NCBI GenBank assembly: GCA_963793265.1
Contig: CAWBZI010000001.1
Coordinates: 480,001 to 544,000, forward strand
Source: an uncultured cyanobacterium
Lineage (GTDB): Bacteria; Cyanobacteriota; Cyanobacteriia; Phormidesmidales; Phormidesmidaceae
Direction of reading: 5' to 3'
Length of the DNA: 64,000 nt
The stretch's first letter is position 1; each line of letters starts with the position of its first letter. Shown one piece after another: positions 10,118 to 20,700 of this stretch. Under the pieces are notes generated by a model, which was not told where the DNA came from, searched no databases, and saw only the letters and a list, made by a program, of their open reading frames with translations. The translations under genes and the position numbers were made by a program.

Positions 10118-10588
10118 CTAGGCCGCTTCAAGATGCAGCGGAACAGAATAGTCTCGGCGCTGACCGTTCTTGTCAGTCAGCAAGGAAGGCAATTCTGTCT
10201 TTTCATCGTAGTTAACGTACCAGACCCAGTTGAACCGGCGCTCGCCAGGAATCAAAGACTCATTTTCACCTGGGATAACGTATTGCAAAATATGAGAGTT
10301 TGGAAACTCATAGAACACAAAGCGTTCGGTGAAAATCTCAGCAGTCTCTGCATCTAAATCTGATTCATCGACCAGTTCTCGATAGCCCACGTAGCCTGCA
10401 TACTGAGGTTCATAAGTGGGCAGTAGCTGTTGCCGAACAGAAGACGTGATGCCGTCTGCACCAATCAGCATGTCACCGACTTCTTGCGAACCATCGGTGA
10501 AAGTCACGGTGACTTTCTCATCATCTTGAACAAGGCTCTTGAACGTTTTTCCCTGGTGGATGATAATGGCGCGATTCTTCTTTTCCAT
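10118..10588 (-). pseudogene. FAD-dependent monooxygenase remnant with an internal and a 3' deletion
   Basis: MEKKNRAIII is joined directly to HQGKTF, so the expected GxGxxG region is absent; GADGITSSVR, YAGYVGYR and RRFNWVWY are retained; similarity ends at DYSVP. Confidence 0.75.
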
Positions 10589-10643
10589 AGCCCGTTTTCT
10601 CCATCAATGCTTAGAACAACAATCAAACGCAATCTGAATAACG

Positions 10644-10967
10644 TTAGCGACTAGCCACTTTCCTCTTGTCAGCCGCTTTCTGAAAGGCAGATACTAAAGC
10701 GCTGACTGACTGTGCTCCAGGAATAGTTTGGACACCAATCTGAAGTGCAGGAACGCCGTGAATGCCTTTCAAACTTACTTGCTTCTCCATCGCTCGAACC
10801 GCTTCAATCCCTTCGGTAGAGTGCAAAAAAGACTTAGCATTTTCTACTGTCTCTACACCTACCTCAGCAGCCAGTACTGCTAGCGTATCAGCATCGCTGA
10901 TATTCTGACCTTCGCTGAAGTAAGCGCGCAAAATTCGCTCTGCCATCTCAGTTGCGAGGCCCTGCAG
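10644..10967 (-). pseudogene. FrnE/DsbA-family oxidoreductase, C-terminal half only
   Basis: RAYFSEGQNISDADTLAVLAAEVG, GIHGVP and IPGAQS are present; no CxxC N-terminal domain. Confidence 0.75.
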
Positions 10968-11240
10968 CTACTGACGCGCTCGAATAGAAAACTGACGCTC
11001 ACTGAAGCAGGCGATCGCTTCTATACCGAAGCGCAACATGTTTTAGAAGCGATCTCGCAAGCTGAAGCCAGCGTTGGCCGTCGTCAAAAGCCTTCAGGCA
11101 TACTCAGAATCAACTGCCCCGTTTCATTCGGGCAGCTTCAGGTGGTGCCCAGGCTCAAAGATTTTCTAGATCGCTACCCTGATATTCAAATCAAGCTCAG
11201 CATGAACGATCGGTTTGTAGACTTAGTAGAAACAGGTTTT
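10962..11240 (+). pseudogene. LysR-type regulator internal fragment
   Basis: Manual translation LQLLTRSNRKLTLTEAGDRFY...PSGILRINCPVSFGQ..RYPDIQIKLSMNDRFVDLVETGF; lacks the start of the HTH and most of the substrate-binding domain. Confidence 0.8.
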
Positions 11241-11265
11241 GCGCTGATGAGAATACCCCTGGACA

Positions 11266-11388
<123 letters not shown>

Positions 11389-11399
11389 CAAACTAGCCT

Positions 11400-11442
11400 A
11401 TTGCCCCCAACTGCAATTCTTGAGCAGTTGGGGGCAATTTTT
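11400..11442. terminator. Intrinsic terminator hairpin between the katG relic and the convergent pirin gene
   Basis: ATTGCCCCCAACTGC / GCAGTTGGGGGCAAT 15-bp inverted repeat followed by a T-run on the + strand. Confidence 0.8.
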
Positions 11443-11486
11443 GTTGTTCTTTTTGCGATCTAACAACAGCCGTTATGAGACTTTTG

Positions 11487-12191
11487 CTAAGCCGATAGAT
11501 CGAAGAGTAGAACTTCTGCGCTATCGGTGGTGGCTGTGATGTCTAGTTCAGGAAGCTGCGCGATCGCAACCCCATCCCCAGCCGTCAAAGCCTCACCATT
11601 TACTAGCACAGACCCGCGAGTCACCTGAAGCCAGGCTTTCCGCTGCGACGCCAGCTCATACGTTAGCTTTGCACCAGCGTTCAAAGTCGAAGTATACAGG
11701 CTCATGTCTTGATGAATCGTCACCGAGCCATCGCGGCCATCGCGAGAGCCAATCAGCCGCCACTGATCTTGCCGCTCAGCCGCTTCAAAGTGCTTTTGCT
11801 CATAGCCGGGCGCAATGCCTTTGGTGTCAGGCAGCAGCCAGATTTGCAAGAAATGAACTGGGTTGTCTGCCGAAGCGTTCATTTCGCTATGCATAACGCC
11901 TGTGCCTGCGCTCATGCGCTGTAGGTCGCCGGGGCGGATGACTGAGCCGGTGCCCATGCTGTCTTTGTGCGCTAGCTCTCCTTCTAATACGTAGGAAAGA
12001 ATTTCCATATCTCGGTGGCCGTGCGTACCAAAACCCGCGCCGGGCGCAACGCGATCTTCATTGATGACACGCAAATCGCTGAAGCCCATATGGCCGGAGT
12101 CCATGTATCCACCAAAGGAAAAGGTGTGCTTAGAATCTAGCCAGCCAAACTGCGAAGCGCCTCTGTCGTTAGCCTTGCGAACTGTGAGCAT
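11487..12191 (-). CDS. Pirin family protein (YhhW-like)
   Basis: WLDSKHTFSF, LRVINEDRV, GFGTHGHRDMEI, MSAGTGVMHSE and LQIW motifs. Confidence 0.95.
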   Translation of the reverse strand: MLTVRKANDRGASQFGWLDSKHTFSFGGYMDSGHMGFSDLRVINEDRVAPGAGFGTHGHRDMEILSYVLEGELAHKDSMGTGSVIRPGDLQRMSAGTGVMHSEMNASADNPVHFLQIWLLPDTKGIAPGYEQKHFEAAERQDQWRLIGSRDGRDGSVTIHQDMSLYTSTLNAGAKLTYELASQRKAWLQVTRGSVLVNGEALTAGDGVAIAQLPELDITATTDSAEVLLFDLSA

Positions 12192-12286
12192 GTTGAGTCT
12201 CCTTGCCCTGCAATCGGGTGTGACATTTAACTGTTTCTATTATGGATTGAATTAAATTAAAAGACAATAGTCTATTTAATACGCAG

Positions 12287-12309
12287 ATTGTATCTATTTA
12301 GAATACAAT
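12287..12309. promoter_or_regulatory. Probable LysR operator: inverted repeat ATTGTAT-N9-ATACAAT between divergent pirin and lysR
   Basis: Inverted repeat seen directly; location matches LysR autoregulatory sites (inference). Confidence 0.5.
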
Positions 12310-12334
12310 CAAAGCAGCTAAGCTAGGCACCTTT

Positions 12335-13244
12335 ATGGATAAGTTGGAAAGTATGCGAGCGTTTGCGGCTGTGGTGGATCACAGTGGATTTGCGGCGGCA
12401 GGAAGGCAGTTGGGGCTATCGCGGTCGGTGGTGAATAAGCTGGTGGCGCAGCTTGAGGGCAATTTGGATGTGCAGCTATTGCAGCGGACAACCCGGCGAG
12501 TGAGTCCGACTGATACGGGGCGGGCCTATTATGAGCGCTGTGTGGATATTTTGGCCGAGGTAGCGGCGGCTGAAGAGGCGGTGACGCAGCTTCAGAGTGA
12601 GCCGAAAGGGGCGCTGCGAATTAATGCGCCGATGTCGTTTGGCACAATGCATTTGGCAGAGGCGATCGCACAGTTCATGCAGCGCTACCCAGACATTCAG
12701 GTACAGCTCACGCTCAACGATCGCTTTATCGATTTAATCGAAGAAGGCTTTGATGTGACCCTACGAATTGCTCAGATGAGTGCAGATGAGGCTTTGGTCA
12801 CGCAGGCGATCGCACCCATCCGCAGAGTAGTCTGCGCCTCACCGAGCTATCTCGAAAAGCGAGGAACGCCCGCTCATCCCAAGCGATTTGTCAGCGCATG
12901 ACTGTTTGGAGTATGGGCATTTAGCAACGAGCAGTAAGTGGCGGCTTACAGGCGAAGACGGCAAGCTTTTGAGCGTGAAGCTGCGCTGTAAGGGCTATTC
13001 AAATAATGGAGAAGTGCTGAGGGAAGAGGCGATCGCAGGTGTCGGCATTGCGCTTTTACCCACCTTCATCGTCGGCGAAGCCATACAATCAGGTCGGCTC
13101 AAAATCATCTTGGACAACTACAGCCCACCACCGCTAACGGCCTACTTGAGCTATGCCACGAACCGCCACCTTTCTACCAAAATCCAGCTACTATCCGCCT
13201 TCTTGCAAGACTGGTTTGCTGTTCCCGTTTGGGAAACCAACTAG
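12335..13244 (+). pseudogene. LysR-type transcriptional regulator with a single frameshift near 12878-12882
   Basis: ORFs 12335-12901 and 12888-13244 join into a full CrgA-like LysR if one base is removed from CATCCCAAGCGAT (restoring [11 protein letters not shown]); true mutation or sequencing error. Confidence 0.85.
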
Positions 13245-13282
13245 CTCAATTATGCTATACGGTTTTACGTAGGTCTGTTGCA

Positions 13283-13702
13283 TCAGGTAGATACTGAGAC
13301 AGAGGAGGCGTTTGATTGCTTTTCTTTAGCCTTTGCGAGCTTTTCAGAAACCGCTGCGACTTCTTCTAACCGAGCCGCCTCTTCGGCTTCATCTGCAAGC
13401 TGCTCGTCGCCCGTATCAGAAGGTGATGATTTGGGCGCTTTAGGTGCAGGCGTCTTGGGTGCTTTCGAGCTTTCGACTGCTCGGCTAACGGGCGCTACGG
13501 CTGTAACTGTCAGGTCTTCGGTTTCGCTGATGCTTTGGGTTTGGGCCTCTAGCTGGGCATTTGCTTGAGCGATCGCTGCCTCATCTTCTTGAATGCGCCT
13601 GGCCACAAATGAAACAAACGCTACGCTGGTGAAGCCTGCGCTGAAGAGCATCCAGCCCTCAATAACGTAGGTCATTAGGTGGTTGAGTTCATGGACAGAC
13701 AT
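13283..13702 (-). CDS. Hypothetical protein with an N-terminal TM helix and a low-complexity tail
   Basis: 139-aa ORF; GAGGT RBS upstream; hydrophobic segment GWMLFSAGFTSVAFVSFVA. Confidence 0.65.
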   Translation of the reverse strand: MSVHELNHLMTYVIEGWMLFSAGFTSVAFVSFVARRIQEDEAAIAQANAQLEAQTQSISETEDLTVTAVAPVSRAVESSKAPKTPAPKAPKSSPSDTGDEQLADEAEEAARLEEVAAVSEKLAKAKEKQSNASSVSVST

Positions 13703-13875
13703 AGGTTAAAACCTCACCGAACTTAGCGCGCTAGATCACTATTATGCTAGCTGGGCTGAAAAGATTCAATCGCGGCCAGAATTGGCGGCGGATTGCTGAG
13801 GGGCTGAGGTGTTGCGATCGCCTGCACTTGAAAGTCGTAGTATGTAGAGAGTGAATTAAGTTATTGAATACGGCT

Positions 13876-14547
13876 ATGGTTTCTAGTGCTTCTCGGATTG
13901 CTGAAAATGGACTGTCTGCAAATGGGACATCTGCAAATGGGATGGCTGTGAAAAGCAGCGATCGCACCGCTTCAGTAAGCCGCACCACCAAAGAAACCGA
14001 TGTACAGGTAACGCTGAACGTAGACGGCACCGGCAAGTGCACTGCCGATACAGGCATTCCCTTTTTAGATCACATGCTGCATCAAATTGCCTCTCACGGT
14101 CTGTTTGATCTTGAGGTGAGAGCAACCGGGGATATTGAAATTGACGATCATCACACCAATGAAGATGTGGGCATTACCTTGGGAATGGCATTGCATCAGG
14201 CATTGGGCGATCGCAAAGGCATTACCCGATTCGGTCACTTTGTTGCCCCTTTAGACGAAGCGCTGGTGCAAATATCGCTTGATTTTTCAGGTCGCCCGCA
14301 TCTCAGCTACGGCCTAGAGATTCCAACTCAGCGCGTAGGCACCTACGACACGCAGCTCGTCCGCGAATTTTTTGTGGCAATCATTAACCACGCCCAAATG
14401 ACGCTACACGTTCGTCAGCTAGACGGCATTAACTCGCACCACATCATCGAAGCGACCTTTAAGGCGTTTGCGCGAGCAATGCGAATGGCCACAGAAGCTG
14501 ACCCCCGTAGAGCGGGAACCATTCCTAGCTCTAAAGGTGTCCTTTAG
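13876..14547 (+). CDS. hisB: Imidazoleglycerol-phosphate dehydratase
   Basis: [25 protein letters not shown] and [12 protein letters not shown] motifs; exact start uncertain. Confidence 0.97.
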   Translation: MVSSASRIAENGLSANGTSANGMAVKSSDRTASVSRTTKETDVQVTLNVDGTGKCTADTGIPFLDHMLHQIASHGLFDLEVRATGDIEIDDHHTNEDVGITLGMALHQALGDRKGITRFGHFVAPLDEALVQISLDFSGRPHLSYGLEIPTQRVGTYDTQLVREFFVAIINHAQMTLHVRQLDGINSHHIIEATFKAFARAMRMATEADPRRAGTIPSSKGVL

Positions 14548-14635
14548 CGTTAAGAAGACTTAAGACAGAGAGCGTGCTGCCTGTGGCGTGGCAAAGGAGC
14601 GCTGCGCAGGTGCTTTGGAAGAGTTGTTGGTAGTT

Positions 14636-15106
14636 CTAGGGGCGATCGGCCAATCGGTAGTTCCGCACAAAAATCTCAATTTGATTCAGCGCTTGGGCCA
14701 CAGACTTTTCAGCCGCAACGGGGCGAATTTGCTTAGCTCGCATTTCAGTCGTTGGAAGCTGAAACCACCAGGACTGAGGCGACTGTGAGTGCCGCTCATG
14801 CATTGCCGTCAGCAGCGCAGCCGGGCTTTCATCGGCTACATCAGCACTATTATTTTGAGTAGTGCCCAGCGGGCTGACCTTGATTTGAACGCTGGGCTGA
14901 TCGCAAGGCGTAATAAAAATGGCGTAGTCAGACTCAGCAACAGCATTGAATGCTGAAGGCTGATCGACTGAGGGCTGTTCGTAGATGAGCGATCGCACAC
15001 CCGGTAGCTGCCACTCAGAAACAGCTCTAGAAATCTGCTGAGTAACTTCGTTTTCTTGGCAGCAAACAATCCAGAACTTTGTTTTAGTCGCAGCAGAGGT
15101 TGACAT
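14636..15106 (-). CDS. Degenerate hydrogenase maturation protease (HoxW-like) fold protein
   Basis: WQLPGVRSL, DYAIFI, PAALL, PQSWW.LP and AQALNQI align by eye with cyanobacterial HoxW; the GNxLRxDDG motif is absent. Confidence 0.55.
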   Translation of the reverse strand: MSTSAATKTKFWIVCCQENEVTQQISRAVSEWQLPGVRSLIYEQPSVDQPSAFNAVAESDYAIFITPCDQPSVQIKVSPLGTTQNNSADVADESPAALLTAMHERHSQSPQSWWFQLPTTEMRAKQIRPVAAEKSVAQALNQIEIFVRNYRLADRP

Positions 15107-15444
15107 AGCGTTTAGTAGTGAACAATTTTTTGGTGGAACAGAGCAGTTTCGTTGAGCATGCCGTGTTTTTAATACTGACAGGGATTATGAAAGCCAAACG
15201 CTAAGATTATTTAAAGCGATTTGATTCCCAGTAATAGGTCTATGAGGACAGTTTATAGCCTCCTGAAAGCCTTTCTGTGAGCGGCTTATCTCAATTAATA
15301 TGACCTTCTTAAGGTTCCCTGCTTTTCGGGAACGATTCACCCTTTTTGATGAAATATTATTTGATGATTTGTTAAGCAAAAGACTGTTGTATTTCTGCCC
15401 TTTTATCTTCTTTTCGTAACATTTCTCCAAGGCTTCCTGACGCT

Positions 15445-16005
15445 ATGACTTCACATCCGAAAGTGCTGACAGCCCAATTTTTGCAAGCGCTGACGTTTGC
15501 CGCTGACAAACACCGCAATCAACGTCGTAAGGGCGCTGATCAAACGCCTTATATCAATCACCCTATTACGGTGGCCAATATTTTGATTAATGAAGCGGAC
15601 ATTACAGACGAGTGCGTTTTGATAGCGGCTTTGCTGCACGATACAGTTGAAGATACCGACACTACGTTTGAAGAAATTGAGCAGCGCTTTGGTAAAACTG
15701 TCCGCGATATTGTGAGTGAGGTGACTGATGATAAGTCTTTGCCAAGCCCGATTCGCAAGCAGCAGCAGATTGATCATGCCGGTGGATTGAGCGATCGCGC
15801 TAAGCTCCTCAAGCTCGCTGATAAAACGGCTAATCTTCGCGATATGGCCACTGTTCCGCCCGCAGACTGGTCAGCAAAGCGAATAGATGATTATTTGGAA
15901 TGGGGTAAGACCGTGATCGATCAGCTTCGCGGCAGACATGCTCAGCTAGAGGCTTTGTTCGATCAGGCGTACGAGGCGGGGAAAGCGACCGCGAACAAGG
16001 CTTAA
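15445..16005 (+). CDS. HD-domain protein, MESH1/small alarmone hydrolase-like
   Basis: AADKHRNQRRK, PYINHP, AALLHDTVEDT, EVTDDK and KLADKTANLRD motifs. Confidence 0.9.
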   Translation: MTSHPKVLTAQFLQALTFAADKHRNQRRKGADQTPYINHPITVANILINEADITDECVLIAALLHDTVEDTDTTFEEIEQRFGKTVRDIVSEVTDDKSLPSPIRKQQQIDHAGGLSDRAKLLKLADKTANLRDMATVPPADWSAKRIDDYLEWGKTVIDQLRGRHAQLEALFDQAYEAGKATANKA

Positions 16006-16058
16006 GTTCAAGCAATACTAACGGGCGACATAATTTTCATTTCTGGTTTGGATAGAGC

Positions 16059-17744
16059 ATGGCGGCGATTAAAAAAATTCTATTTTTAGCGGCCAATCCT
16101 CGATCGACGAGTCGGTTGAGCTTGGATGAAGAGGCTAAGAATATACGCCAAGGGCTAGAGCGGGCGAGACGGCGAGAAAGTTTTGAGATTATTACGCGCT
16201 GGGCAATAGATGCAGAAGAGTTGAGGCGATCGCTCTTAGATGTAGAGCCGCATATCGTCCACTTTTCGGGGCATGGCTTTGGCGCAGACGGGCTAGCGCT
16301 GCATACGACTGATGGCAAGGCAAAGCTGGCGAGCAGTGAGGCACTGGCAAATTTGTTTGCTCTGTTTGCCGGGCAAATAGAGTGTGTGCTGCTAAACGCC
16401 TGCTACTCAGAGACGCAGGCAGCAGCCATTCATCGGCATGTGGACTATGTAATCGGGATGAATAATGCGGTGGGCGATCGCGCTGCAATCAATTTTGCAG
16501 TCGGCTTTTACGATGCGCTCGGAGCAGGCAAGTCTTACGATATTGCCTATAAGTTTGGCTGTAGTGCTATTGATTTTGAAGATATCGTACAGAGCATTAC
16601 GCCTGTATTGATGGCGAGATCTGCGAAAGTGGTCGAGCGAGAAACCCAGAAGAATATGCCGGTAGATCCGATTAAGGATAAGCCAGCGTGGCGTTCGAGC
16701 ACTGACCAGAGTGCTGAACCAACAGGCGTGATCTTAGAGAATCCAGAGGGGCAGGTGCCTTTAACGTCTCCTTTTTACGTGAGGCGATCGCCCATCGAAA
16801 CCGACTGCTACGCCGAAATAGAGCAGCCCGGCGCGCTGATCAGAATTAAAGCGGCCCGGCAGATGGGCAAATCTTCTTTGATGACCCGAATTTTAGATCA
16901 CGGTAAAAAGCAGGGCTATCGCGCCGTTCCGATTTACTTTCAGGAGGCAGACGGCGAGATTTTTAGTGACTTAGAGCAGTTTCTTCGCTGGTTTTGCGCG
17001 GTAATTGCCGAAGAACTTAGTTTAGATATCCCGATGGATGCTATCTGGAAATCTAGTGCGCTCGGGAACAAGCGAAAGTGCACTAACTTTTTTCAAAAAC
17101 ACGTGCTGCCTCAAATCAAAGAGCCTCTAATCTTGGGGCTAGACGAGGTGGATTTGGTGTTTCAGCATCTCAAAATTGCTCAAGACTTTTTTGCTTTGCT
17201 GCGCGCCTGGCACGAGCGGGGTAAAAATCAGGTGACCTGGCAAGGCTTGCGGCTCGTAATTGTCCACTCTAGAGAAGTTTATATTCCGCTAGATATGCAC
17301 CAGTCGCCCTTTAATGTAGGGATGCCGGTAGAGCTGTCTGAGTTCAGTATTTCTCAAGTTGACGATCTCGCTAAGCGTCATGGCCTAATGCTGAGCGACT
17401 CAGAAATTTATAGCCTGACTGATATGGTGGGCGGCCATCCTTATTTAGTGCGGGTGGCGCTAAGAGAATTGGCGAGAGGTCGGCTGACGCTGCCTCAGTT
17501 TTTGCGCGTGGCTCCCACTGAAGAAGGGCCTTATGACGATCATTTGCGCAGGCACCTGGCAAATTTGCATTCGGACGAAAAGCTGGTGAGTGCGATTGAA
17601 GAAATGATTAATAGCGATCGCCCGGTCGTCATTGCAACCGATGAAGTTTTTCAGCTAGACAGCATGGGCCTGGTGCAGCGTCAGGGCAATGCAGCAGCGC
17701 CGCTGTGTGATTTATATAAACAGTACTTTAGGGAGCGGCTATAA
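16059..17744 (+). CDS. CHAT (caspase-like protease) domain + AAA_35 ATPase protein
   Basis: [14 protein letters not shown] (His), LNACYS (Cys), FYDALGAG; then PEGQVPL, RQMGKSS (Walker A), LGLDEVD (Walker B), SPFNVG, GGHPYL. Confidence 0.9.
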   Translation: MAAIKKILFLAANPRSTSRLSLDEEAKNIRQGLERARRRESFEIITRWAIDAEELRRSLLDVEPHIVHFSGHGFGADGLALHTTDGKAKLASSEALANLFALFAGQIECVLLNACYSETQAAAIHRHVDYVIGMNNAVGDRAAINFAVGFYDALGAGKSYDIAYKFGCSAIDFEDIVQSITPVLMARSAKVVERETQKNMPVDPIKDKPAWRSSTDQSAEPTGVILENPEGQVPLTSPFYVRRSPIETDCYAEIEQPGALIRIKAARQMGKSSLMTRILDHGKKQGYRAVPIYFQEADGEIFSDLEQFLRWFCAVIAEELSLDIPMDAIWKSSALGNKRKCTNFFQKHVLPQIKEPLILGLDEVDLVFQHLKIAQDFFALLRAWHERGKNQVTWQGLRLVIVHSREVYIPLDMHQSPFNVGMPVELSEFSISQVDDLAKRHGLMLSDSEIYSLTDMVGGHPYLVRVALRELARGRLTLPQFLRVAPTEEGPYDDHLRRHLANLHSDEKLVSAIEEMINSDRPVVIATDEVFQLDSMGLVQRQGNAAAPLCDLYKQYFRERL

Positions 17745-17748
17745 GACA

Positions 17749-20700
17749 ATGAATGCTGGATACCACGCTTCTCCTTACCAAATTGGCGGCTCGCTTCAGC
17801 TCAATGCGCCTACTTACGTCACTCGTCAGGCCGATAGTGAGCTTTATGAAGGGCTGAGCGCAGGCGAGTTTTGCTATGTGCTCAACTGTCGGCAAATGGG
17901 TAAGTCGAGCTTGCGGGTGCGGGCGATGGCGCGGTTGCAGGCAGAGGGGACGGCCTGCGTCGCGATTCAGATGACGGACATTATTGATGAGGAAACGACG
18001 CCTGAGCAGTTTTATGCGGGCGTAATCGATAGCATTACGACCGATTTGAATTTGGACTTCGATAATTTGGACTGGTGGGAAGCTAACGGCCATTTGTCTC
18101 TAGTTAAGCGATTTAGCAAGTTTGTTGAAACGGTTTTGCTTCGGCGAATTGCAAGTGACGTCGTTATTTTTATCGATGAAGTGGATCGCGTGCTTAGCCT
18201 TCCTTTTAAGGTGAATGGCTTTTTTGCGGCGATTCGCGAGTGCTACAACAAACGCGCCGACAGTTCGATTTATCGTAGGCTCACCTTTGCCTTACTCGGG
18301 GTGGCGACGCCTTCAGATTTGATCTCAGACAAACGCAGTACGCCTTTTAACGTAGGTAGAGCCGTTGAGCTGACGGGGTTTACCTTAGCAGAGGCGCGAC
18401 CTTTAGCAGATGGGTTGGGCGTTGATGACCAGGAAAAAGCACTAGCAGCTATTTTGAAGTGGACGGGCGGCCAGCCGTTTTTGACTCAAAAAATCTGTCG
18501 ACTGGTGGCGGCAGCTCATGCGCCTCAGGGGCAGTCGGTGGCGGATTGGGTGGACGGGCTGATTCAGCAGAATGTGGTGCAAAACTGGCAGTCGAATGAT
18601 GAGCCGGAGCATTTGCGGACGATTCGCGATCGCCTCCTCTCTGACGAACAAAAATCAGCCCGGCTGCTCGGGCTCTATCAACAGATCTTAGCGAGAGGCG
18701 GCTTAGCCGTAGAAAATGCGAATGCCGATCATATTGACCTGCGGCTTTCTGGATTAGTCGTCGAAAGGCAGGGGCAGCTTCGCATTTACAACCTGATTTA
18801 TGCAGCTATTTTTAATGCGACATGGGTAGGACAGCAGCTTGCGGAGTTACGGCCTTACTCGGTGGCGATCGCTGCCTGGCTAGCGTCTAATCGGTTAGAC
18901 AAATCCTGGCTGCTAGAAGGGCGAGACCTGCGCGAAGCGAAGCAATGGTCAGCCGATAAAGTGCTGCCGCCAGAGGACTATGCTTTTTTAGCGGCGAGTC
19001 AGGAGCTGGCGACCGAAGCGGTGGAAGAAGCCCGGCAAACGCTGGCGCAGGCAAATCGAACGCTGGCCGATGCGAATGTAGAATCCACGGCTAGAATCAG
19101 CAGCGCTAACAAACGCCTGCGGATCGGCTCGGGCATTTTGATGGGAACGATCGCGCTGTTTGCCTTTACGGGCGTGTATGCGAGTCAGCGGATTGGTACG
19201 GCTCAAAGTGAGAGCGAGCAGGCGCAGCAAGATAGTTTGGCAGCCGCCGATCAGATACAGCAGGCCGAGGCCGACCTAGAAGCAGCGAGCATAGTGCAGG
19301 CAGCGTTGGAAGAAAAAACAGAAAAAACAGAGCTAGAGGTGGCGCAGGCTGAGGAGAAAAGTGAAAAGATTGAAGCTGAGTCCCAGCAAAAAATTGGCGA
19401 AGCTGAGCAGAAGGTCGAGGTGGCCCAACGGCGAATAGAACAGGCGGCGGTGCAGGCGGAGCATGCGCGGGCGGCTACAGAACAGGCTGAAGCGGAACAG
19501 GCGATTGCACAAGTTAAAGCGACTGAGGCTGAGGAGAACGCCGTTGCTGCGCAAGCTCAGGTCGCCGCGGCGCAAACCCAAGTAGAAATCGCTCAGCAGG
19601 CAGAAGCCGACATTCGCCAGCAGCAACAAACTATTCGAGCAGGCATTGATTTAGAGCGTCGTAGCGCGGCTTTGTTAAGAAGACCGCCCGTTCAACAGGC
19701 CGGATTAGGCTTTTTGCTAGACGCAATAACAGTCGCACGTGAAGCAGAACAGCTATTAGCCTCATCGAACCAGGACGATGCAACAGATTTTACAAGAGAA
19801 CATCCTGCGGCCAGTTTGGCTTTAAGAACAGCGGTTAACAGCGTTTTAGAGAAAGCAGAGGTTAAGGGAGATCGTCCCGTTTTTAGCCCTGATGGTAATC
19901 GAATAGCGACTTCTAATACCTTTGAAAATCAAACATTCCTATACGACCTTTCGGGACAGCTCATACGCGCCTACGACGGAACAAACCCTCTCTTCAGTGG
20001 AGACAATCAGCAGCTACTTACCTCATCGACAGGCTCTGATATTATCTATCTGTATGATATTTCTGGCGCGCTCCGTCTGCGCTTAGACGGAAAATCTGCG
20101 TCATTTAGCCAGAACTCTCAGAAAATACTGTACGCGCAGGGAGCTGTCGCCACTTCTGTTCTTTATGATATTGCTAGCGATCGCACCGTCTCTTTCAACG
20201 GATATTCTCCCCAATTTGCACAAGGCGATCAGCGCATCGTCACCACCTCCTTTATCGATGAAAAGGTTTATGTGTATGACTTATCAGGAGAGCTTTTGCG
20301 CACCTTTGAGGGGACTTTCCCAAGGCTGAGTGAAGACGGCCAAAGGCTAGCGCTTTCATCGGGCGATCGATCTCTTTTATACGATCTTTCTGGGCGACAA
20401 ATTGCTGAGATGGAAGGAATTTCTCCTAACATTAGTAAAGACGGTCAGCGCGTAGCCACTTCAAAGCTTCCAGACGCTTACTTTTACGACGCCGCTGGAA
20501 ATCTCTTATCGTTTTTAGAAGGCAGTAGCGCCCCCGTTTTTAGTGAAGATAGTCAACATTTCGCGACTAGCTTGAGTAACCGTTTCGCCATTAACCTATA
20601 TGACTTTTCAGGTCAGCTTCTTTCTTCTCTTGAGGGCAAAACGCCTTTGTTTAATCGTGGTGGCAATCTGATAGCGGTCTCTGCAGCCGGATACAGAGAA

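Noticed and set aside
17689..17748. ORF-track start of the 1517-aa protein
   Set aside because: Overlaps the upstream gene by 56 nt; ATG 17749 sits just after the stop and directly before the conserved YQIGGSL motif
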